Assembly (NCBI GenBank): GCA_963702005.1
Contig: OY969696.1
Location: forward strand, 3,200,001 to 3,264,000
Reading direction: 5' to 3'
DNA length: 64,000 bases
Source: Candidatus Aminicenantes bacterium
GTDB lineage: Bacteria > Acidobacteriota > Aminicenantia > Aminicenantales > JAFGBC01
The first letter of the stretch is position 1; every line of letters starts with the position of its first letter. Made by a program: the position numbers and the translations under genes. Below, piece by piece: positions 56,911-64,000 of this stretch. The notes under the pieces were generated by a model. It ran no database searches. It was not told the DNA's origin and saw only the letters and a list, made by a program, of their open reading frames with translations.

Positions 56911-59067
56911 GTGCACCTCAAAGCCGGGCAGATTCTGGGCCACTACCGCCTCCTGGAGAAACTCGGGGAGGGCGGAATGGGGGTTGTCTGGAAGGGTCGC
57001 GACCTCAAACTGGACCGGGACGTCGCCGTCAAATTCCTGCCCGAGGGCTTCGCCCAGGACGCCTCGCGGCGCGCCTTCTTCGAGCGCGAGGCCAAAGCCG
57101 TCGCCGCCCTCCGCCACCCCAACATCGTCACGATCTTCGCCGTCCTGGAGGCGGAGGGGACCTACTTTTTCACGATGGAATTTGTCGAGGGCGATCCCCT
57201 TTCCAAACTCATCGTTCCCGGGGGAGTCCCCTTCGGCGGCTTCCTCAAGATCGCGGTCCCCTTGGCCGACGCCGTCGCGGCCGCCCACGAGCGGGGCATT
57301 ATCCACCGCGACCTCAAGCCCGGAAATATCATGATCGACCGGGCGGGCGACCTCAAGGTCCTCGACTTCGGCATGGCCCGCTTCCTCCAAGCGGGCCCCG
57401 TCCTGGCCGAGGAGGACAAGGGCGAGACGGCGACCCTGGAAAACGTCATCACCGGCACCGTATCCTATATGTCCCCGGAACAGCTCCGGGGCGAAGCCCT
57501 CGACCACCGGACCGATATCTTCTCCCTGGGGCTCATCCTCTACGAGCTGGCGGCGGGGCGCCATCCTTTCCGGGGAGCGACGCCGGTCGAGACGATCGCC
57601 GCCGTTCTCAAGGACAAACCCCGGCCGGTCATCGAACTCAATCCCAGCCTCCCCGAATTGCTCGACCGGATCCTGGAACGCTGCCTGGAAAAGGACGTCC
57701 GGATGCGCATCCTGTCGGCCTCCGAGCTCCGGGACGAGTTGCGCTGGCTCGGCGAGGAGAACCGGGCCGTCCGCGCCGGGGACGTGCCGTCCATCGCCGT
57801 CCTGCCGTTCACCGACATGAGCCGCGAGAAGGACCAGTCCTACTTCTGCGACGGCATCGCAGAGGAGATCATCAACGCCCTCTGCCGCGTCCAGGGACTC
57901 CGGGTGTCCGCCCGGTCGGCCTCCTTCCAGTTCAAGGATTCCGGCGCTGAGCCGGGCGAGATCGGGCGCCGCTTGGGCGTCGAAACCCTTCTCGAGGGCA
58001 GCGTCCGTAAGGCCGGCAACCGGCTCCGAATAACGGCTCAGCTCATCGACATCGCCTCCGGATACCACCTCTGGTCGGAATCCTACGACCGCGAGCTCAA
58101 GGACATCTTCGAGATTCAGGAGGAGATCGCCCGGAGCATCGTCCAAGCCCTCCGCATCACCCTGACCCCCCAGGAAAAAGGGGCCTTGGAAATAGCGCCC
58201 ACGCGCCACGTCCAAGCTTATGACTATTATCTCAGGGGAAGGAGCTTCTATCATCGCTACGGCCGGCACGACATCGAATTCGCCCTTCAGCTTTTTTCGC
58301 GGGCGACCGAGCTTGACTCGGGCTACGCCCTGGCCTACGCGGGACTCGCCGACTGCTGGTCTTTCATCTATTTGCACGCCGAGCGAACCGACACGGTCCG
58401 CCGCCAGGCCGAGGAAGCCGCCCGGCGCACGATCGAACTGGCCCCCGACTCGGCCCAGGCCCAGGCATCGCATGCTTTGGCCATGTCGATCAGCGGCTCC
58501 AATCAAGAGGCCGAACGAGGTTTCGAAGCCGCTATCCGGCTCGACCCCGAATTATTCGAAGCCTGGTACTTCTATGCCCGCCATGTCTTCGGCTGCGGCG
58601 ATCTCAAGAGGGCGGCCCGCTACTACGAACAGGCCATGCGGGTCCGGCCCGGCGATTACCAGTCTCCGCTGCTGGTCGCCCAGATCTACGACGACCTAGG
58701 CCGGCCCGAAGAGGCTCGGGCCTCCCGCCGCCGCGGCGTCGACCTTGTCGCCGAGCGCATCGAGCTTCATCCCGACGACGCCCGGGCACTGTACATGGGC
58801 GCCAACGGCCTAGTCGCCCTGGGCGAGAAGGAGCGGAGTTTGGCCTGGGCCCGCCGGGCGAAGGCGATCGCGCCCGACGAATCCATGGTCCTCTACAACC
58901 TGGGCTGCATCTACTCCCTGGCCGGCGAAATCGACGAAGCCATCGAATGCCTGGAGCAAGCCGTCGCCCTCGGCATAACCTACACGGGCTGGTTCGAGCA
59001 CGACAGCAACCTCGACCCGCTCCGCTCTCATCCGCGTTTCCAGGCGCTCCTGGCCAAGCTCGGATAG
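56911..59067 (+). CDS. Hanks-type Ser/Thr kinase with TolB-like and TPR domains
   Basis: LGEGGMG, VAVK, HRDLKPGN, DFG and YMSPE motifs; SIAVLPF domain; TPR repeats. Confidence 0.95.
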   Translation: MHLKAGQILGHYRLLEKLGEGGMGVVWKGRDLKLDRDVAVKFLPEGFAQDASRRAFFEREAKAVAALRHPNIVTIFAVLEAEGTYFFTMEFVEGDPLSKLIVPGGVPFGGFLKIAVPLADAVAAAHERGIIHRDLKPGNIMIDRAGDLKVLDFGMARFLQAGPVLAEEDKGETATLENVITGTVSYMSPEQLRGEALDHRTDIFSLGLILYELAAGRHPFRGATPVETIAAVLKDKPRPVIELNPSLPELLDRILERCLEKDVRMRILSASELRDELRWLGEENRAVRAGDVPSIAVLPFTDMSREKDQSYFCDGIAEEIINALCRVQGLRVSARSASFQFKDSGAEPGEIGRRLGVETLLEGSVRKAGNRLRITAQLIDIASGYHLWSESYDRELKDIFEIQEEIARSIVQALRITLTPQEKGALEIAPTRHVQAYDYYLRGRSFYHRYGRHDIEFALQLFSRATELDSGYALAYAGLADCWSFIYLHAERTDTVRRQAEEAARRTIELAPDSAQAQASHALAMSISGSNQEAERGFEAAIRLDPELFEAWYFYARHVFGCGDLKRAARYYEQAMRVRPGDYQSPLLVAQIYDDLGRPEEARASRRRGVDLVAERIELHPDDARALYMGANGLVALGEKERSLAWARRAKAIAPDESMVLYNLGCIYSLAGEIDEAIECLEQAVALGITYTGWFEHDSNLDPLRSHPRFQALLAKLG

Positions 59068-59080
59068 CGGAACCGCCGTT

Positions 59081-59109
59081 TTGACTTACGCCTGGAGACA
59101 TGGTATAAA
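59081..59109 (+). promoter_or_regulatory. sigma70 promoter of the mnh operon
   Basis: TTGACT-17 bp-TATAAA with an extended TG. Confidence 0.7.
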
Positions 59110-59123
59110 ATTTTTCTTATTCC

Positions 59124-59735
59124 ATGGACGACTCAGAAACCATCTCCACCGATAGCGGCGGCTTCCCGTCGCGAAAAGCGCGGCTGCTTTTCCTCAGAAA
59201 CAACCTCGTCTTGTTCGTGCTCCTGTTCGGGCTGTGGCTCCTGATGAGCGGGCACTACGATTTCTTCCACACCTCGATCGGCTTCCTGTGCTCGATCCTG
59301 ATTGTTGTCCTCAACGCCCGCCTCAATAAGTATTTCTTCATCCAAGACAAACTCTGGGAATGCGCGCCCCTCCGGATCGGACGCCTTCTCTTCTACATTC
59401 CCTGGCTCATCTGGCAAATAGTGATCGCCAGCCTCCAAGTCGCCGGCGTCGTCCTGCGCCGCCGGATGCCGGTCAATCCTTCTCTCCTCCGCTTCAGGAC
59501 CAAGCTCCCGACCCAAGCCGCCCGGGTCATCTTGGCTAATTCGATCACCCTGACGCCCGGAACGATCACGCTCCTGCTCGAGGGCGACGAGTACCTGGTC
59601 CACTCCTTGATCGACGCTTCGCATTCGGGCATCGTCGACGGGACCCTGCCCGGGGAAGTCGCCAAGCTCTACGACCGCAAGCCCCGCGACGTCGTCTCCG
59701 AGGTCGAGATCCTCAGGCGAATGAGGACGATCTGA
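59124..59735 (+). CDS. mnhE: Na+/H+ antiporter subunit E
   Basis: LANSITLTPGT motif. Confidence 0.92.
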   Translation: MDDSETISTDSGGFPSRKARLLFLRNNLVLFVLLFGLWLLMSGHYDFFHTSIGFLCSILIVVLNARLNKYFFIQDKLWECAPLRIGRLLFYIPWLIWQIVIASLQVAGVVLRRRMPVNPSLLRFRTKLPTQAARVILANSITLTPGTITLLLEGDEYLVHSLIDASHSGIVDGTLPGEVAKLYDRKPRDVVSEVEILRRMRTI

Positions 59736-60010
59736 TGGACAAGTACTTTGTCTACCTCGGCGTCGTCCTGACCGTCATCATCCTCATCCCCCTCTACCGG
59801 GTCCTGCGCGGCCCGACCCTCTTCGATCGGATGCTCGGGGCGGGTGCGGTCGGGACCAAGACTATGGTCCTCATCCTGGTCATCGGTTTCATCTTCAACC
59901 GGGTCGACATGTTCATCGACATCACCCTGGCTTACGCCATCCTCAACTTTCTTGGCACGATCGCCATCGCCAAATACCTCCTGACGCTCAAGACGAGGGG
60001 GAAACCGTGA
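59735..60010 (+). CDS. mnhF: Na+/H+ antiporter subunit F
   Basis: RVLRGPTLFDR motif. Confidence 0.92.
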   Translation: MDKYFVYLGVVLTVIILIPLYRVLRGPTLFDRMLGAGAVGTKTMVLILVIGFIFNRVDMFIDITLAYAILNFLGTIAIAKYLLTLKTRGKP

Positions 60011-60333
60011 CGCTCCAGTTCATCTTGGCCAACCTCGTCGTCACGGCCGGCGCCTTTTTCCTGCTCATCGGGAGCGTCGGGCTGGTCCGGCTTCCCGACT
60101 TTTATTCCCGGGCCCACGCCACGGGCAAGAGCGACACGCTGGGCGTCATCCTGGTGACGCTCGGCCTCGTCATCCACCAGGGCCTGACCCTGAACGGCGC
60201 CAAGATCATCCTGATCATGGCCTTTGTCGGCCTGACCAACCCGACGGCGACCCACGCCCTGACCCGGGCCGCCATCCGCTTCGGGCTCAAGCCCTGGTTC
60301 CGCAAGGCCGGCCCGCAGGGGAAGGAGGGCTGA
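60007..60333 (+). CDS. mnhG: Na+/H+ antiporter subunit G
   Basis: RLPDFYSRAHATGKSDTLG and TNPTATH motifs. Confidence 0.92.
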   Translation: MTLQFILANLVVTAGAFFLLIGSVGLVRLPDFYSRAHATGKSDTLGVILVTLGLVIHQGLTLNGAKIILIMAFVGLTNPTATHALTRAAIRFGLKPWFRKAGPQGKEG

Positions 60334-60578
60334 TGCACTGGGAGCTCGAGGTCACTCTGTTCGTGTTCCTGGTCGGCACGGCCCTCATCGCCCTCGAAAG
60401 CCGGAACCTGCTCACGGCCGTCGTCAGCCTCAGCGTCTTCAGCTTCCTGTCGGCCCTCCTCTATGTTGCCATGGGCGCCGTCGACGTCGGCTTCACCGAG
60501 GCCGTCGTCGGGGGCGGGGCGAGCGGTGTCCTGTTCGTAGTCACCGTCTTCAGAACGTCAAGAAAGAGTAAAGATTGA
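60333..60578 (+). CDS. MnhB-related small subunit (DUF4040/MbhD-like)
   Basis: AVDVGFTEAVVG motif. Confidence 0.85.
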   Translation: MHWELEVTLFVFLVGTALIALESRNLLTAVVSLSVFSFLSALLYVAMGAVDVGFTEAVVGGGASGVLFVVTVFRTSRKSKD

Positions 60579-60886
60579 AAGTCCTTCGCTACGTCGTGCT
60601 GATCCTGTTCGGAGGGGTTCTGATCCTGGCCAGCCTGAACCTTCCCGACCGGGGCGATCCCTATGCCCCCCTCAACCGGGACAAGAGCGCGGCCGGGACG
60701 CCCAACGCCCCCTCCTACTACATCCGCAACCCGGAGCGGGACGCCGCGACGCCCAACATGGTCACGGTCATCCTGGCCGATTACCGCGGCTTCGACACGA
60801 TGGGGGAAGAAACGGTCATCCTGACGGCGGGCCTCATCTGTTTCCTGATCCTGCGCCGTGGGCGGTCCAAGGAAAAGCGTCCATGA
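60575..60886 (+). CDS. MnhB-related subunit (MbhE-like)
   Basis: PNMVTVILADYRGFDTMGE motif. Confidence 0.85.
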   Translation: MKVLRYVVLILFGGVLILASLNLPDRGDPYAPLNRDKSAAGTPNAPSYYIRNPERDAATPNMVTVILADYRGFDTMGEETVILTAGLICFLILRRGRSKEKRP

Positions 60887-61320
60887 TGCGCCGCGACGAC
60901 GATATCATCCTCAGCCTGGTCAGCCGGACCGTATCGCCCTTTATCATGATCTTCGCCCTCTACGTCATCTTCCACGGCCACTACAGCCCCGGCGGCGGCT
61001 TCCAGGGCGGGACCATGCTGGCGGCCTCTCTGATCCTGGTCCGGCTGGCCGCGGGGAGCGATCTCGCCCAGCTCCAGTTCCCCCGTTCCTGGGGGACGCC
61101 GCTCGGCTCGGCCGGCGTCCTTATCTATTGGGGGACCGGGTTCGTGTCCATGCTCTGCGGCGGCAACTTCCTCAACTACGCCTTCCTCCCGGTATCGGGG
61201 CTTCCTCCCTACCACCGCTACCTGGGCATCCTGTTCATCGAAGTCGGGGTCGGGCTGGCCGTCATGGGCATCCTGACGGCCATCTATGACGACCTCCTGG
61301 AGGGCCGGCCCCATGACTAG
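60883..61320 (+). CDS. mnhB: Na+/H+ antiporter subunit B
   Basis: HGHYSPGGGFQGG motif. Confidence 0.9.
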   Translation: MMRRDDDIILSLVSRTVSPFIMIFALYVIFHGHYSPGGGFQGGTMLAASLILVRLAAGSDLAQLQFPRSWGTPLGSAGVLIYWGTGFVSMLCGGNFLNYAFLPVSGLPPYHRYLGILFIEVGVGLAVMGILTAIYDDLLEGRPHD

Positions 61321-61699
61321 GCTTCTCCTCGGCCACTACGGCTATTGGTTCGTCTTCCTCCTGATGACCCTCGGCTTCTACGGCATGGTCGTCAAGAAGA
61401 ACCTGGTCAAGAAGCTCATCGGGATGAACATCTTCCAGGTCTCGATCATCATGTTCTACCTGTCGAGCGCCGTCAAATGGAAGGCAACCATCCCCATCGT
61501 CGATCGGGCGATCGGAACGGTCGACACGGCCCGCTACATCGACCCCCTCCAGCACTGCCTGATGCTGACGGCCATCGTCGTCGGCGTAGCCACCAGCGGC
61601 GTCGCCTACGCGCTCCTGATCACGATCTACAAGCGCTACGGGACCCTCCACGAGGACGAGCTCGTCGAGCGGATGAAACATGACTTGGATATGGAATAA
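61313..61699 (+). CDS. mnhC: Na+/H+ antiporter subunit C
   Basis: NLVKKLIG and DPLQHCLMLTAIVVG motifs; ATG 61313. Confidence 0.92.
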   Translation: MTRLLLGHYGYWFVFLLMTLGFYGMVVKKNLVKKLIGMNIFQVSIIMFYLSSAVKWKATIPIVDRAIGTVDTARYIDPLQHCLMLTAIVVGVATSGVAYALLITIYKRYGTLHEDELVERMKHDLDME

Positions 61700-63173
61700 C
61701 TCGCCGGCCCTGCCGGTCGTCCTGCTCCTGCCGACGGCCATCGCCATCCCACTTTTCGCCCTGATCGAGCGCCGGCTCGCCCGCGTCCTCGCCCTGACCG
61801 TGTCGTTGACGACGGTCGCTCTGAGCGCCCTCAATCTCTTCAAGGTCCTCAGCCTCGGCCCCATCCATTACCGCATGGGCGGCTGGCCGCCGCCGATCGG
61901 GATCGAATACGTCCTCGACCCCCTGTCCGCCTTCGTCCTTCTCCTCATCAACGCGATCGGCTTTCTCGTCCTCGTTCATGCCAAGCGGGTCGTCGAGCGG
62001 GAGGTCCCCGAGCCCGCCAAGCACGTCCCCTATTACGCCGTGGCCGTCCTCATGCTCTGCGGCTTTAACGGGATCGTCGTCACCGGCGATTTCTTCAACC
62101 TCTACGTCTGGCTCGAGATCGCCTCCCTTTCCCTCTACGGTCTCATCGCGGTCGGAAGCCGCAAGGCGCCCGTGGCCGCCTTTCGCTACTTGATCATGGG
62201 GACGATCGGCGCCTGCTTCTATCTCCTCGGGCTGGGCTTCCTGTTCACGATGACCGGAACCCTCAACATGGCCGACCTCAAGGCCATCCTGCCGGCCGTC
62301 GGCCACGAGCCGGCGGTCGTCATCGGTCTCGGCCTGATCGCGGCCGGGATGGGTCTCAAGATGGCCCTCTTCCCGCTCCACGGCTGGCTGCCAGACGCTT
62401 ACACCTACGCGCCCTCCTCCTCGTCGGCCCTCATCGCGCCGCTCGGAACTAAGGTCGGGGCCTACGTCCTCATCCGCGTCCTGTTCTTCATCTTCGGAAT
62501 CGGCGCCGTCAGCAAGGGCATTCCCCTAACGACGGTCATCGGTTGGCTGGCGGCGGCCGGCATCCTTTACGGTTCGATCATGGCCATGGCCCAGACCGAG
62601 CTTAAGCGGATGCTGGCTTACAGCTCGATCGCCCAGGTCGGTTATATCGGGCTGGGCATCGGTCTGGCCAACCCGCTCGGGCTCATCGGCGCCGTCCTCC
62701 ATGTCATGAACCATGCGGCCATGAAGGCCCTCCTCTTCCTGGTCGCCGGGAACTTCCGGACGAAGCTCGGGCATTCCGACATCAGCCGCCTCGACGGATC
62801 GACTCGGCGCCGGATGCCCTGGACGACGGCAGCCTTCACGGTCGGAGCCCTGTCCATGATCGGGATTCCGCCCCTGGCCGGGTTCTTCAGCAAATGGTAC
62901 CTGGCCTTGGGCGCCGTCCAGAAGCGGCAGTGGGTGTTCCTGGCCGTCATCCTGTCGAGCAGCCTCCTCAACGCCGTCTATTTCTTCCGGGTCATCGAGA
63001 AGATTTATTTCGGCCGCGCGGAGTCGGATGAAAATCAGGCCCGGAGCGAAGCGTCTCCGTCCATGCTCGTCCCCGTCCTGATCCTGGCCGCGGCCCTCAT
63101 CGGGCTGGGAGTATTCAACGCATTCATCGTCAAGGGCGTCATCGAAAAAATAGTCACGTCGGTCATGTTTTAG
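61680..63173 (+). CDS. mnhD: Na+/H+ antiporter subunit D
   Basis: GDFFNLYVWLE, KMALFPLHGWLPDAY, KRMLAYSS and GIPPLAGFFSKW motifs. Confidence 0.92.
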   Translation: MTWIWNNSPALPVVLLLPTAIAIPLFALIERRLARVLALTVSLTTVALSALNLFKVLSLGPIHYRMGGWPPPIGIEYVLDPLSAFVLLLINAIGFLVLVHAKRVVEREVPEPAKHVPYYAVAVLMLCGFNGIVVTGDFFNLYVWLEIASLSLYGLIAVGSRKAPVAAFRYLIMGTIGACFYLLGLGFLFTMTGTLNMADLKAILPAVGHEPAVVIGLGLIAAGMGLKMALFPLHGWLPDAYTYAPSSSSALIAPLGTKVGAYVLIRVLFFIFGIGAVSKGIPLTTVIGWLAAAGILYGSIMAMAQTELKRMLAYSSIAQVGYIGLGIGLANPLGLIGAVLHVMNHAAMKALLFLVAGNFRTKLGHSDISRLDGSTRRRMPWTTAAFTVGALSMIGIPPLAGFFSKWYLALGAVQKRQWVFLAVILSSSLLNAVYFFRVIEKIYFGRAESDENQARSEASPSMLVPVLILAAALIGLGVFNAFIVKGVIEKIVTSVMF

Positions 63174-63182
63174 CCGGAGATC

Positions 63183-64000
63183 ATGGAAACGACCTTTCCC
63201 TCGCTCATCCCGCTCCTGGCCGTGGCCGTCTCCTTGGCCGCCGTCCCCCTGATCCTGCTCAGCTCGAACCGGCCCAACCTCCGTGAATCCTGGACGCTGG
63301 CGGCCGCCGTCGTTAAATTCGGGCTCGTCCTCGCCCTCCTCCCCCAGGTTCTGGCCGGGCGAGTCGCCGAAACGCGTCTTTTCGAGCTGGCTCCGGGCAT
63401 TCGGCTGGCGCTCAAAGCCGATCCGGCCGGAGTCTTCTTCGCGCTGGTCGCATCGGGACTTTGGATCCTGACCTCAATCTACAACATCGGATACATGCGC
63501 GGGTTGGACGAGCGCAAGCAGACCCGTTATTACGCCGCGTTCGCCGTCTCCCTTTCGGCGACGATCGGCGTCGCGTTCGCCGCCAACCTGCTGACCTTCG
63601 TCCTGTTCTACGAAATCCTGACCGTAGCCACCTATCCTCTCGTCGTGCATAAGGAAACGCCCGAGGCCGTCCGGGCAGGCCGGAAGTACCTGGTCTACAC
63701 GCTCTCGGCCGGAGTCCTCCTCATCGCGGCGACGGCCTTGACCTGGCAGACGGCGGGGCGCCTCGAATTCGTCCCGGGCGGCTTCCTGGCCGCGACGGCC
63801 CTCTCGGCCCGGACCGTGAAGGCTCTCTTCATCCTGTTCCTGGCCGGGGTCGGCGTCAAAGCCTCGATCATGCCCCTCCACGGCTGGCTTCCGACGGCCA
63901 TGATCGCGCCGACGCCGGTCAGCGCCCTCCTCCACGCCGTCGCCGTCGTCAAGTCGGGCGTCTTCGGCGTCATCCGCATCACGGGCTTTGTCTTCGGCCC
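63183..64000 (+). CDS. Second MnhD/MrpA-family antiporter subunit; 5' part only, runs off the right edge
   Basis: Hand translation METTFPSLIPLLAV...RPNLRESW...AANLLTFVLFYEILT...GVKASIMPLHGWLPTAMIAPTPVSALLHAVAVVKSG. Confidence 0.88.
   Translation, partial: METTFPSLIPLLAVAVSLAAVPLILLSSNRPNLRESWTLAAAVVKFGLVLALLPQVLAGRVAETRLFELAPGIRLALKADPAGVFFALVASGLWILTSIYNIGYMRGLDERKQTRYYAAFAVSLSATIGVAFAANLLTFVLFYEILTVATYPLVVHKETPEAVRAGRKYLVYTLSAGVLLIAATALTWQTAGRLEFVPGGFLAATALSARTVKALFILFLAGVGVKASIMPLHGWLPTAMIAPTPVSALLHAVAVVKSGVFGVIRITGFVFG

Noticed and set aside
55828-58506. 892-aa minus-strand ORF
   Set aside because: Antisense shadow of prfB and the kinase

Overview
GC-rich, gene-dense bacterial chromosome segment from a diderm (waaA, lpxB, lnt, TonB-dependent receptor). 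The gene style (Ser/Thr kinase-TPR protein, Acidobacteria-like pseudopilin trio, many secreted peptidases) suggests Acidobacteriota/Ca. Aminicenantes, which is an inference. Core genes include rpsO-pnp, proS (archaeal/eukaryote type), prfB with a +1 frameshift, coaE, an HU/IHF gene, pcm, nfeD-slipin, an ABC exporter and an Mrp/Mnh antiporter operon running off the right edge. A lower-GC patch at about 22.1-26.4 kb holds gene remnants. No rRNA, tRNA or CRISPR array was recognised. Most notable: (1) a family of small hairpin elements bounded by GTCAA direct repeats (TTGAC on the minus strand) at four loci, all co-oriented, each with its terminal TTGAC at the apparent -35 position of the next minus-strand gene; (2) a circularly permuted 2,3-BPG-independent phosphoglycerate mutase; (3) three PilZ-like paralogues around an atypical NarL/LuxR regulator, with TCACCC-type boxes upstream; (4) a stand-alone HisRS-like catalytic-domain paralogue; (5) a CARDB-TonB receptor fusion. 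All calls come from reading the sequence by eye; no database search was run.
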